This document shows, piece after piece, positions 39,101-54,100 of a stretch of 59,947 bases of DNA (positions within the stretch are counted from its first letter, which is position 1; every line of letters starts with the position of its first letter). The DNA lies in NCBI GenBank assembly GCA_964200185.2, contig CAXNAD020000006.1, positions 1 through 59,947 on the forward strand, given 5' to 3'. The stretch comes from Choristocarpus tenellus KU-1152. Lineage: Eukaryota > Protista > Phaeophyceae. The position numbers and the translations under genes are program-made. The notes under the pieces are model-generated. The model saw only the letters and a list, made by a program, of their open reading frames with translations, was not told where the DNA came from and did no database searches.

Positions 39101-42100
39101 TGCAAGTAGGCTATAGGAAGGATTCTGGGTGGTGTGCATGTTACGATGTGCATTGCAATGGAATACAGACAAGATTATTATTGTTACTATTACTATTATT
39201 CATACAGACAATATTATTATTACTATTACTATTATTAATTCAGATAAGATTATATATTATCACTATTACTACTATTAATACAAACAAGATTATTATTAAT
39301 ATCATTTCAGACAAGATCTGTGGACTTGTCACACCAACCAACCTATCTGTATGAACATAGAAAAATAGTTAATCTGAGATAGTGATTGTGGTACAATCTG
39401 ATCTTATCACTAGATAGAAATTCATTTTCTGATATTAAGTTAGTCAGCTTCTTTCTTTAGTGGATCTTGTACTACTGTACACTTTATGCTACAAAAAAGA
39501 ATACTTCAATGCACATTAAGAATACTGCAAGGTACATGATACTATCAATGTGATAATTAGTGCTGATGAGGCATTTTGAGTAGCTATCACTAGGCACAAA
39601 GCGGTGGATATCTGATGCTATCATGATACCTTTCCCATTGCCTTTTATTTCTCTGTGTTGTGACACTGCCCTCCTTTCCTTGTATCACTCTAGTTACTTG
39701 AGACCTGGAAAACACAATGGAACATTTTGTCCTCTTGTGAAAAAGATCCAACTATGGAAAAGTGAAAGGATCATACAGCTCACTCTAATGTAGTATATGC
39801 ATTAGATGTATCTATATCCATGTAGGATGTGACAACAGCACTACCCATTCACATCCTACATGAGTTCTGAACAACAGTGGTTTTGGCAAGAAAAAACCAG
39901 AGCAAACTGGGAATTGAACTCTGTTCCTACTACCACAGTCAGCAGTCCATATGACCACATAACATAATAGTTGAGTGGAACAAGGGATGCATACTGCATG
40001 GCTGACATGGCACTAGCCAACCAGATTTCTCTGACTGGAAAATCTTATTGCCACTGGGATTTCAATCTGGGCTAACAACATTTGGAGTAGTCTTCACTAG
40101 ATTTTTAAAGCTGTAGTGGAAGGACCACCAGAATAAACAGAAAAATAGTAAAAATTGTAAATATTAAAAATAATATCTCTCCACTCATATGTCAGGAAGT
40201 GATAGTTAGCTTTTGAAACAAAATGGAAAGATTGGGAGAACTGTTTCAAGTAAAATTACAATTGCACAGTTAATTGTGTCAAGTGATCATATTTGCAATA
40301 ATAATACTGTGAACTCTTTCACAAATATTTTGGTCTCATGGCTAAATTTTGAGGAGGACATTTGTATCCTAGAAGCCGGTGAGATGTATCAAATCCAGTT
40401 TGTCTTGTTCATGAACAACCAAGGGACTGAGCAGTTTCCTGTATTGGTATTAAAAGTATAGTAAACAAAAATCAACTCAACATTAAATTGGACTTTGTGC
40501 AGGAAGCTGCTGCAATTATCTCAACATCTAACTCTAATATTGGATTGAGAAGACTGCTGGGGATCAATTCAATCTCTTGGTGGTATCAGGTTGTAGACAT
40601 AAACCTTTGACCATTTCCCTGAGACAAAAGTGCCTTGCTCCACCCAACCATATAACACACTATTTGTGTCATTGTCCTTAGTATAGGTTAATTAAGGTGC
40701 AGAACATGAAGATACTGCCACCCACTTACTTGAAAAAGCTGGCCACCTCACTTCCACACTAATAATATGCATTGCTGCTATTAGTACTGTGTTGCATGAA
40801 ATATTTTTTGTACTAAGCATCCAGATTTGGCACCCCTTCCGGCTTCTGTACACATGGCTAGGTACGCCTTGAATGTTGCAAGGCAGGCAGGAGTGCTGAC
40901 AATGAGTCATGGACTGTAGTTGCGACATTTCACTTGCGAATGTATAGAGGTGAGTGGATCCTTCTGAATTAGCTTCTTTGAAAGTTTGTGATTTGTGTGG
41001 AGTGATTTGTGTGGAATTTGACAAAACGTGTTTGCTTCAATCGAGACTTTTAGGCATCAGGTAGGGTAGACATTCACCTTCATTCCAAGAGTTTGACTAA
41101 CAGGAGATACAACCATTGGTATCTAGGTGCAGAAGGGAGATAGGTCAACCAACATTTCACACAAGCCACAATTGTGAGGGTAACAAGACCCCTCTATCAT
41201 AGAAATCATCACAAAGCGCATACACACTACAAGTGCACATTGGTTAGCACTTTACTCAACAGTTTCCCAACATTGTTGATGCGCATCATAACAGAAATGT
41301 GGTAGATCTTTTTTATTTAATCAATGCTTGCGACGACTCCCCATACGAAACCGTTTATCTTCAGAAGCAGTTGTTCCATTCTGTTCTTTGAAGCACTATA
41401 GTATTGAATCAATACACCCTACAGGTATGTATGTGTCTATTAATAGTGAAAGCACCCATCACAACCTCACACACAACCTTGATCCACAGCCATCACATAA
41501 ATTGCATTCCTTAAGCGACCCCTGTTTGCATGTGTAGACCAAGTGAATACAGAATATTTCCTGCCACTAACAGTTGCTTTTGGATATCAACCCATTTCAA
41601 ACCTATTTCAACAAAAGGATGGCAGACATTCGACATACCAAGACACCTTGATAGGTCTTGTGTTGCCCGGCTATGGAAGGCAACTTTTTTGTCCAACTAT
41701 GGAAACACTGCAGCTGTTGCTCTACATGGGATACAGGTGGAGAGCATGAGCTTGTATTGGGATGAGTATTTGGATCACTTCTCAGTGGACTGTGATCAGT
41801 GTCAAATGCATTGCGTCATTGTTGTCTTGTGAATCCTGTTCTGTATATCGTCTAACATAAGCTGCAAACATGTCACCATTCCTACCTATTCCAATACTGA
41901 AAACACACATTTTTTCAATCTCTCCGACCTGTTATAACCCCTTCGCCAAAGTGTCCCGGTTTTGTCTGCCTTGCATTTACATCGGAGTAATTCTTCACAC
42001 ACTCCATGCAGTGTGGCTTCTGTACAATTGTATAGGAAGCGCATGGCTAGGAGTAGGAATAACTTGTTCATATCTTTCAGTTGTACATGAGAACCAAAAC

Positions 42101-45100
42101 TTAACTTATTCTTCCTCCACTACTCTCCCAGTTCCTTGTTGCGAAGGAGGAGTCACCCAAGGTTTCCAGTCAGTGCCATTCACAAGTGATATCCCCACCC
42201 CCAATTGGCCATGAAACCTTCCGTCAAAGCCTTTGTGTAGTTGCTACAGCTTGGCCACCACCCAGGTATGGCACCCTCTTTGCACTTAAACTCAACATTG
42301 CATCAAGCTGGCTCTTTAGCACCCATCTTTCCACCTGGTCATGGTTTGTACGTGATCAATCAATATAAAGCATACACCCTGAGAAAATAGTTGACTAGAA
42401 CACAACTATCTTATCAATACAAGTGACTCGAAGGTTTGTAGGCAGTCTGATGCTGGAGACACCAAAAACACTTGACTCTAGTACTCGTTTCAGGTAGTGT
42501 CCAAATCGTCTAAATTATTGTTCTTGTCCTAACTTAAATATGTATGCACTAGGATCAATGCATTTTTCAACCAAACATTTCTCAATATATGGGTATCATA
42601 TCTTCAATATTTTGCTCCTCCCTTGACTTGACAAAAAATGAAGACAAGATGTAGCCAAGATTAAAACAAAAAGAGGTGAGAGGTATTCGAAAGAACATGT
42701 TTGCTATTCATTTCTTCTAGTAAAATCCATACAAAACAGTTTGTAATGAGGATTTTAGTTTTTCAAAGTTACCTTGTGCAGAAACCGGCATTTAATTCTG
42801 TTATTGATTCTGTTATTGATTCTGTTTCTTATTCTGTTCTACGTAGCAGACCATCCCGTCCGTCTCAGAGAGTTAGTATCTTGAGGCTCGAGCCGTTAGC
42901 AATTTTTTACTATTTGGTGTGCTGCAAGTACCAAGCAAGGCTCACAATTGCTTAGTGATGGAGTCAGTCTTATCTTGTTGGTCAAACAATAGACCTTCCT
43001 CTAAAAGTGGATGTCTTTTGGACACAGCCAATCTTGTATGTGCTACGGGGTATCACAAACATACGTGCCTGTTCATGTGTACAATCTCACACGAGACGAA
43101 GATTGCAATAGTTCTCTTTACCTTACACCCTCATTCCTCCAGTAACACTGAACACTGTTGCGTCTTATACCCCTTATATTCCTTATATCCCTTTGTCAAG
43201 ATTATGCTTGACCATTTGAGAATATGATTTGAAGTATTATTTTGTGTACGCACAGACGATAATGCGGGATATTCGGGATATTTGACTAGACGTAATCGGC
43301 GGACTGTTAGAGGTGGAGTGTTTCTGACATGTACTATAGAACTGTTGAGTCATTTGGTATTCTGAGTCATTCAATGTGAGGATTGGTGAGCCCCACCTAG
43401 TGAAGGTATCTCACTCTCTTCTCAACTGTGATACAAGCCAATAAACAATAATATAACTGGTTGTGTGGGACAACAGATTGTCAAGGACAGCTCAACACCC
43501 TTATATCTCTTATATCCCTGCCATGCCATTATCCCAGGTACCAGTGGTTCCACAATGGCAGACTGCTAATAGGGGAGACCTCTCCAACACTGGAAGTGAA
43601 CATAAACTCCCCACCATCACAAAACCAGCGAGATTTCCAGTGTATACATTGCAAGCATGTCAGGCAAGTGTTCACAGGGAAGTATTAGAAACGGTGAGGC
43701 CTACCCTCTAGACTGCTGGGAATTTTCCCTGTCTGAGTAGCGATCACCCTCATTGGCATGGTTTTGCAAGAGCTAGATGTAATGCTGGAGAAATAAAATA
43801 TATTTCATGGAAGGATATATACATATTTTCCCCTATGTTTACAACATTGTGCCATTTTTTGGGGTTGGAGCTTGGATATGCAACTAATCGATATCCTCGC
43901 CCCTAGGCATTCATCAGACTACGGGAGGGCTATCCACAAAATGCCCATTGACTACTGTCCTGTGCAGGCGAGGGGTGCCTCACAACGCTTTTCGCATTGT
44001 TTGTGGCAACTGCGAAACCTTACACATATACAAGGAGTACAAAGAGGCAGAAAAGTGCCGTAACACCTGGGAGTCTGAAGTAGAGCAGCTGGAAAAGGAT
44101 GTGAGCATAGCTGACAAGGAGTATGATGAAGCAAGGAAGTCAAGAGACAAATCTTGGCAGGAGGTAGGTGATGAGTCATGAGTCATGAGTGATTTTGAAC
44201 TGTGAATGTAACAAAGGCAGTAGAGTAAGCAGTAAAAGGGTTCAACATGACTGAAAGAGAGTATAGGTCACATTGATATGGGGCATAGTGAAGTATCTAA
44301 CATGTGCACTTGGAAAGTGATTACCTTTCTAGTTTCAAAGTTAAAAATCTTCCAAAGGCTTCTTCGTGTACCTCTCCTCTCTTTGACTGAAATTATTTCA
44401 CATTTTCTTCAGGTCATCCTTGAATTGTAATTCACAACCAGGTTGTTTTGGTCAACTGATGTTGCCAATACAAAGACTCTACTCTTCTCTATTCCAGGCC
44501 CTAATATAAGTACAATTCCAACAACATTTGCGTACATTGAGCACTTCTCAAAAGTTGTACTAGATAATCCTTGTTTTAGAGAGGCTATAATAGTGCTACT
44601 GATTATATGAGCTTGATCATCATCCTTAATTGAAGCAGCGCAGTGTTTGCTTGTAATAGACATCTTTCCGAAATAATTTCCTAGACTTCAGGATATAAAA
44701 ATTGTATTTGAGAGGTTTTAATAAATCGAGTAGAGAGATCCCTTACAGATTCTCCCTCCCACACCACCGTACATGCGCCAAATATTTTTTCTGTGGTGAT
44801 CCATCTTTGACGTTGTTTGTCTTGATGCTTCCAGTTAGTACATGCCCAGGAGGAAGGTGGGTCAAGGGCAGATGCTGTATTGGCAACATATAAAGCAAAG
44901 CAAGCACTGATGGAGAAGGCAGGAGCTGTACTGGCAGATGCAAGGAATAATATTAATGCCAGGCACAAGGATATTCTCAAGTCTTCTCAAAAAGACCCAA
45001 TTAAGGTGTTCATATGTTGCCAGTAATCCTTCCTCAAATCTTATGCTGAAACTCCCTTGGCATCCCTCAGCAATGAAGCCTTTCCTCATCATTTTGGTTT

Positions 45101-48100
45101 TCCCATATTTGTGCGGCAAAGTAACAGGCAGCTAGTAAAATTGTATAATCAATCTATAGCACTTGCCATGTGGACTTTTGATAATCGGAATCAGATTTCC
45201 CTGAAAAGGAGTCTGACATTAACGGAATTTGAATCCAAGGAATCAATGCAGAGGACAATATCTATTTTCCACCAAGTCATGAGACCTGAGCCATGATGTG
45301 TATACTCTGGTACTGAGCAGAAGAGAAAAAACATAAATGTATCAAACTACCACTTCATGGCTAGAGCTCTAGTACCACAATCCCTCTTGCCCTTATTTGT
45401 CTGGTGCAAGAGTTGGTTTATGTCTGTCTCTAAGGACAAACAGTTCAGAACCACTCACAAGTGTTTTCAACAATAGTTACAATCCTTATTTTCTTGATAC
45501 CTTGCAGATTTCACATCCTTGTGAAGGTTTTTACGACTGCTGCGTGTCAAACACACGTGGGGGGGATATTATCCGAACAGTATCATCTGCACGGATATAT
45601 CTATTTGCAAGAGACCCTCCACCACTTCGACTCAAGGTGGAAGCCTAGAAATGAACTAGTGTACATGGTACCCTTGACAACAGCAGTAGCAAGAAGCACG
45701 TTTACATTAGAACTAAAGTGTGTAGGGATGACACACCTCAACATGTATTTTCTAATTTTTTTCTATTGTTGAGCAGGTTAAGGTTTCATACATCCAGCAG
45801 AGGCGTTTCTGTCGACGCCAATGGTCAAAATATGCCTGGGCCTTCGGGTGGTTTACTAACGGGGAGTTTGGTAAGCACCTGTCCATCTCTTACGATACGT
45901 GCTATCTTAGTAGCAAGACAACCACCTCAGACCAACAGATCCACAGTAATATAAAAGTAGAGGAGTAGAACACTATCGTAGCAGCAACTTTTAGATTAAT
46001 ATTGAACAATCACTATTCTTACAAATTTTGCACCATGTACCACTTAGGTATATCTGGCAATGTGTACACAAGGTTGACCTGCAACAGCCCCCATTAATGG
46101 TGCTTCATATTTTCAATAAAATGAACCTCTGCCACTGCTGTAAAATGCAAGATGTGTAAGCATGAGGATCATCTTTTTTCCAAGAAAAATGACTTGAGAT
46201 CACAGATAGTTGACCTGAAATGGATGATCAAGTTCCGTTGTATGCCCAGGGGACCTCAATGGTGTGCCAGATTAATACCTTTGTTGTAAGCGATAGGACC
46301 ATCCGTCTATGGGAGGAAAAGGGTGTGCCTGATTTCTATCTTGGTTGGGTCATAATATCAGGAAGTATGATATAGCTTGAATTTAACATTTGCAAAGTAC
46401 TTGAGGGGTCAGCATTCTTCTGTCCACATGACGTTTTGGAGTAAACCACAAAACCTGTGATTACACTGGCCTTGATACTGTGAAGGATTAGTAGGTACTC
46501 CCTCTGTCCCATAAGTCTGCAACATTATGGGTGTAACTTGCCAATATGACCTCCAATAAAAAAGCAAGGTTTTCTGCATTGGATCCCTTCAATGCATTTT
46601 CCTGAAAATTGTTCTTCATCACTTTCCTCGTACCCATCAATCCACCAATCCACCACCACATCGAAAGCATCTCTGTCAACTCTGACCCATTTTGGAAGAC
46701 TTCCTTCACACTGCCTTTTCCTAGTTCCGGTGTGCTGCACCTCAAAATCATCACCACCTAGCACCTTCAAAACTTGACTATACTCCTTAAATAGGCTCAC
46801 CACACCCTCTCTAAAGTAGTTGGATTGGACAAATGGTTGACAAATCATCTTGCTTTGATTCATGAAATAGGATTACATATTCCTTTAGATAATCTATGCG
46901 TTTGTTGTGCACCCTCACAACTTGACTTATTGGGAAAATGACATGCAACACATCACATAAGTGGACGTGATAGGGACTTGACATGATTGATTGGTGCACT
47001 GCAGATTATTGTTTTGCACTGTAGATCCAATATACCTGAAAAATGAGACACCCTTGCCCTCTTTTCCCATGCACGATTTGAGATCCAGAGTTGAACCACG
47101 CTATTGCTGTCATTACATTCATATAGGTGGAGAGGTCCTGATCAAATTCCATGATGGGGCTGTCTATGATGGACCATACGTGGCAGAGGATTATCTTGAT
47201 GTCAAGGGTGGGATCCCATCTGGTGAGGAAATTTCTTGAGAGTTGGTTCACTGGTGGAACAACTCCCAGATGCTACATACACTAAAACGTTGCACTAGAG
47301 AGGAATTTACAAGACAGAAATTAGAAGGGTCTACTGCAGCATTGTGGGCATAGCTAGTAGTTGACCCTCGTTCTTACAAATGTGTTTGCTGGATATTGCA
47401 TGTGCATGATGTCAAGTGATCTTCATGCATTAAACCTTTCAGTTGATTAGTTAACAGTCCCAAACCTAACCGGTTCTGTGGTGAGTACTGAGACTTCAAT
47501 CATTGCCTATTTGTTACTGTGATGGAATTTGTGCCATTGTCATACCTCTTTATATTTAGACATAAAATAGTTTTCCAACCTTTCCACTTCACATCTCCCA
47601 GTGTACCAACATAACCATGTATGCCGTCAAGCCTATTGGAGTGAACGACCGATGATTAAGTCAACAATGACATTGTTTAGCAACAAATTGGAATACTTGC
47701 TGATCCTTTTCACTTTTACACATTCTTGAGCCAGTTTTTTGGCATATTAATCATATACATAGTACACTTATCTTGCATGAACCCAGGCCTAAAAAGAGTG
47801 TGGTTTCAATGACGTGAGTTCCTCCCCATTACAGTGGCACGGCATCCTGGGCATTGGGGCACATGGGTCACTAAAAATGGGATAATGCATGAGGGGCCAT
47901 TGGTTGACAATCACTTTGATGTGAAGTGCGTTACCGGCCCCTACAGGATCACCACACCTGGTGGAGAGGTGGGATAAGGCTACTTGTGCATCACCTTTCA
48001 GGGGCGTACAACCCGATCAATCACACAGTAATCATGATTTCTTGTTTTTTTTTTATATTGAATGGTTTCTCCCAGTGTATAAAGTGGTTGGGACACATGC

Positions 48101-51100
48101 TTACATACTATATGATGTATGCTGTACTGTAGAGTAAGTGCATATTTCAGCCAGTAATATCGACAACTTCGGAAACACCATGAGGGTTGATGAAAGAAGC
48201 CTGTGTGCCTTCAAGGTATTTTTCTTTCTTCAAAACTCTTTTTTTTATGTGGTCAATTTCTAACGGATAAATGACTGATAAACAAGGGCATCCCTGTGTA
48301 CAAATAAAAAAAAATGTTCCTATGAGTTTGGGTCATTTCTGTTCTGACAGACCGTTCCTGTACGCAGGACATGACGGCATTGTTGACATTTTTTAAGGTT
48401 TGCATTGCTTATATCTAGAACATAAGCTGTGATGTGATCTACTACTCCTTGTGTCTAAACCAATTCTTCCTTGCATGTCACATTTCAACGTAAATGTAGA
48501 GTAGGAACTGATGTAGTCAGTACTCACCCTATGCAAGGGAAAAAACATCCGACTCTATTATTGAGTGAATATTCATTTTACTTAGAATTTCTCCAACTCA
48601 TTTGTTAGGATCTGAGAGTATGACAAAATTTGTTTTGGGACAGAGTAGACTCCACTTGCTACAGTGAGTGGTAAACTTTTCATGTAGGATATATTGATTG
48701 AGGTGATGATACTCAAGGAGTGAGACTTTGTCCAATCACTGAAGTGCAGTTGTCCACCAATCACTGAAGTGCATTTGTCCACAGTGAACTGAACTTATGA
48801 TACCTATTTCCACCTCTTGACGTTTCATAGAGCTCCATTTTGCGCAGAAATGTTGATACATACTCTGTATATATGTGTGAGTTCGTATGTGTGTGTAATG
48901 TACTGTACTTGTTCTGCATTACGTGAAAATTTTGATACAGACCTCGTGTGCCTTGTTTAAGTTTGCACAGGAATGGGAGGCAAGGCAGAAGGCATTTAAT
49001 AATCCATGGGCAGGTCAAGTACTCTCTTTTTTTGTGGAATGTGTAGGAATGTATATTCACTCCCCTGTAAATCCATTGCTTAAGGCAGACTGATGCTAAC
49101 CTGAGTCTGTCTCTAGAAAATCAGATTAGCAATGCACTAAGTGTTCTGTTTGTGAGGTGTGCAACCAAGAAGCCCAAACCCTGTTGCAACTAGGATTAAA
49201 AAAAAATGAAACCGAGCTATTATGTATCCAACATTCATACTTCAAAAGTATAATGCACATGCAGGAAAGTTAATCTGTAATGCGATTACTGCAATTGAGT
49301 GCTGATTGGCCTCTACCTAAAGAAACATCAAAATTCATAGTCCTGAATTCATGCCTAACGTTAGCCAAATTGACTTCAACTGGTGAAGGAGACATTTCGA
49401 TTAGTTTGAGCTGATGTTCAATTTTGGTAGCATAGCGTTTTTCAGTAAACCCAGTTTCCATTGAAATTTCAGGTTTATGAAGGAGAGTATGTGGATGAGG
49501 AGATGCATGGTATTGGAGAATATTGTTCTGCAGACCACACTGTATACAGTGGAGAATGGCATCGAGGACAGCGGCAGGGATTTGGGATACTAGAGTCTGC
49601 TGATGGTGCAGTCTATGAGGGTGAGACACAAATATTAGTTAGTGTTAATTGAAGGAAATGTATTTGTGTCTATCAAAATATAGTGCCATTTTATCCCCCT
49701 TTTCTTATACACTCAATATATCTCTACTACAGTTTCAATAACCACGAAAAAACTTTGCACTGCGGGATGTGCTACAGCTGACTGGCACATTGAATACAAC
49801 TGCAGGTGACTTTGACCACAATGTTATTCATGGTGATGGACTCTGGAGGTGGCCAGATGGGTCTACATATGTGGGACAGTCAAAGTATGGCAAAAGAGAA
49901 GGAAGAGGACTATATGTGACTAAGATGAGGGTGAGACACTACAAGTTGTGATGACCAACGACATTGGATAGGTTTTATTACCTTGGTTATTTCAGAGCTG
50001 TGAAAAAAATGTACACATTTGACGATTGGCATCAGTAGACTACAAAAATTATCTAGTACTTGGAGAATAGTTGTCCAACAACTTATTATTTTATTGTTTT
50101 CAAATGGTACACAAGAGGGAAAGCACATGTGACCCCTGAATATGACCAGTACATAATGAGCAGCATGTATCATAAATAGCCAGAGTCTGGTCTTCTGAAC
50201 CTGGCTATGTTTTTGATAAATAGTTGTGCTATTTTGAACTATAGATTGAACTTTTCTCAAAACACTTATTTGGGACTTCTCTCACACAACAATTACTGTG
50301 GATTGTGAGACTATAGCAGAAAGGACCATACACATGGCCACCCAATGAAAGAAATACCTACTCTGGAGAATCTTGTTGATGAACAGCATATTTATTATTA
50401 TTTTTTGTTGCAGTCTATGAAGGAAAATCTAAGTTTTTCCTTTTGTGCGTGCTTTGTTAAGGTTTACCACACCAGTAGAGACAGACTTACATATCTGTAT
50501 CTGTGTTTGGAACAGGATTTTGACTCTTTCAGCAGACTCTTGAGTGTAATCAATGTTCAAAATAAGTTATGGCAGTCAAATAGTAAGCGGTTCCCACTTT
50601 GCTTTCTAGTTCGAAGCCTTTGTTAAAGCCCCCTCAGTACTCACACACATATATAACCCTTTTCAACACTCAACCTTCTGGTCTGAAATGCCCGCACCTT
50701 GGTACCAATAGTGCGATACTCTGAACTCAACTTTTGTTTTGGCGTTAGGACGCATATTATGGTACCTACAAAAACAATAAACCTCACGGTACTGGGCTAT
50801 TTAAGTACTGTGACGGGTCCTCCTACAGTGGGGATTTTGACATGGGACTGAGACATGGGCTTGGCACATATGAAGATAGCAAAGGGGTGTGGAGTATTGG
50901 CTCTTGGAGGGGTGACAAGAAGCATGGGACTTTTGAGGTGGGGAAAATGAATCAACTCAATGAACAATGTTCATGGTACACATTTGGTCTATGATGACAC
51001 AAATATCCTGGTGTTGTGTTGTTGATGTGTAGCAGCAGCAGGATTAGACACATTTCATCACAGGAAAAATGCAATGGGGATTCCTAGCATTTTCTCTTTT

Positions 51101-54100
51101 GGTGACCAAGTTGCAGCGGATGGTCACAACCTGGACAGCAGCACCTGACAAATCTAACTCTGCTTGCTCTATCTCCCTCAGTGTCAGTCCAATCACTCAT
51201 CAGGTAAACAACACTTGAACAAAAATGTGTTATAATTGGTATGTTGATGCCAAATAACTGCTGTGAACACACCCCCAGCTACAATTCTTTATCTCTTTGT
51301 ACTCCTTGAAGTTTTGAGCATCATCTTCATTGTTGCTGTCGCTTGCTGAGAAAAGGAATGTCACCTCCATCCATGTCCGCCCCAGATCTGCTAGGCATAT
51401 GTTTAACCAAAGGTGTGCTTGCAACCACTGCGGTGTTTCAAACACTATGTGGAATTGATGTTGCTGATTGCTGTGCAGGAACACACACCTGTGTATATCC
51501 CTGAACTGCAGGAAAGTCAAGATGAGATCAAGACAGGACGGTGGGAAGAAGGACTATTTGTGGAGTGGCTACTACCCCCAGTATTCCCATATGCAACCAA
51601 GCAGTTCTACGAGTTGTTTGAGACTGAAGAGAATGAATATGATGGGGTGTATGCCATGTTGGTGAGATGTGGAAAAGGAGGGATCCTCCACAATTTCTCC
51701 ATAGATCTGTTTGTTTGGGTTCACATTCTGGTGAGCTTTATTGCTGTCTTGTAGGAATTACATTATTTACACCTTTGAAAGAACTTAACAAGTAGACCTA
51801 GCACTTGCTCTGTCTCCTTGACCCACCCATCATCCAGTTCGAGGCAGCAATTAATTATACCTAGACTGGAAGGCCACTCACATTACAGCAATTAATCAAG
51901 ACAAACCACATATGACAAGCTCAACCGTACTGTAGCCTGCCCAGCCTGTTAACATTATTTACACAAACCTATTCAAAGCACAGTCAACAACTCTGTATAA
52001 CCCATTGTGGTTTCATCGGGTTGAAATGTGTGTCAAAGCAAATTCCCAGGTACATGTCCCTTGTTCACATGAACAATTAACACATAAAAGGATATACAAA
52101 AAGTTATTTCATATTCTGATTTGGGCCTAGAGTTAGTAGTAGCCTGAACCATGCACTGACTCTTGTAGGCAGGAGTAGAGTTTTATCCACTTGCACCTCC
52201 CTGATGATGAGCCAACAAGCTGAGGTGATTTGGGAGAGGTTGCATTTGAAATGCATTGCAATGATTCCATGAATAGCATATACCCTGGGAGTATATATGT
52301 ACTATAGTAGTTCACAAAAAAAATGTGACCCAAAATGCCAACAATCACTTTACAGCACCTTCATGTCATGGGTATGGGTACCAGATGGAAAACCAATTTT
52401 GTAGTGTAGTAGCACTTGTTGCACAATCAAACTAATAAAGCCAACTGTGAGTATCAGTGGTTGCTATTGAGTATGGGAATATACTCTAGATGATGTGACG
52501 ACTCAAGTGGTATCCTCTTGTGTATTTATACCTACACAATATTATTTATTGCCTTGAGTGCTGTCTTTTCCCCATCAACCACCACGACATTAGTGCCCCA
52601 ATTATTGATGGTCTCTTCACAGTGCACCTTGTATAATTAGAGACATCATTATCTGGAAATATATCTTATTCACTTGGACTATTGCTGGTCACTCCTACAC
52701 CTAACCTGGGTTTAAGGTTTGTGTCGCTAGGTCACATAGCCAAATTTCACAATATAGTGCTGGTGGTTGTGATTGCTGCTGATTGATCCATGCTGTACAT
52801 CTCAACAAATTCAGCTGAAGTCACATAAATTCCATCAACAGATATTGAAAAATCCTGTGACGGTTTTCAAAGATCCAAGCCCTAGCATTATCACCCCGTA
52901 ACTTTAATATCTTCTCATTGGTATCTGCAAATAGGTGGCCAAGAAGCTGCCCTTCTTGCCAAGGGGTGTTAATCCTTCCAATCCACGTGTGGCTGCGGTG
53001 GTTCGTCGCATAGCTATGGAGGCTGGGGAGCTATGTGCAATTGACACTATAAATGAAACAACTCAAAATGTAGGCACACTAAAGCAAGCTGGCGGGGAGG
53101 ATGCTTGAAAAACTCGACCCTGGATCTCTTTCCCATTGTGAAAAAAACTTTGCCAATTTTTTCTTGACTTGATGAGAGTTCTTTTTCTGCCAACATTAAC
53201 TCCAAGAGAGTCTCAAACCTAGGCACGTTAAACTTAGTAAAGACTTTCTGAAGATGAACATATGATTTAATCAAGTGGAAAGTGTCAAAGTTTCAAATTT
53301 TATCTTTCAATAAAGATTGTAGCACTTTACAAAAGTAGAACTTGGGTAGAACTAATGGAAAATATAATAGAATAATAAAAGTGATAATTTTTTTTTGTGA
53401 ATTATCTCCTAATCGGCTTAAAATATTATAATTACACTCAGATATGTCAATAGATGACTCTACCAATAAACTGTACATCATAATGTCTCTGACGTAAAGT
53501 TCTTTTTGCCACTTACTTCCCTTGCCACAGCAAAAGATTCATAACTGATATCATCTAAAGTTTGTCCACCTTTTAGCTTTTGATTAAGATACGCAGTTTT
53601 GTTTTTTGGTTCCTCATCGGTTAAGTTTTGCATAGTTTGTTAGGAGACTTTATCTTGGTTATACTTCTCAGCTTCACGCAACTAGTTAAGACTAAAACAT
53701 AAAATACTCATTACCAACTAAACAATTTCTGTAAGTCATGTGGCACTAGACAGTGGGTATGGTATGATGGATAAAATAAAAAAGTCTTAAACGATTGATA
53801 AATTGCATCTAAGAATGCAGAAATTAATTTAGGAAATGTTTTTCCTCGAGAAAGTCTAAAATCATTTAGAGTGATGGTATAAAAATAGGTATTCATATGT
53901 GAAGATATACGAACATATTAACGTTTTGTGATGACATATCTCTCTAGGTACAAAGTGCAAAGATGATTCATGATAAGGCATTGTCAAGACTTCAGTCTGC
54001 CCAATCTCTTGAAAAGATGGACCTTTGCAACCTGGAGAGTCAGAGGGCTGCTACCAATGTTCTAGTTAGGAAGCTCAGTCTATTGGAGGTATGATGACAA

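Noticed and set aside
39100-39354. Leu/Ile-rich membrane peptide ORF
   Set aside because: Translation artefact of the (TAT/TAC)n repeat.
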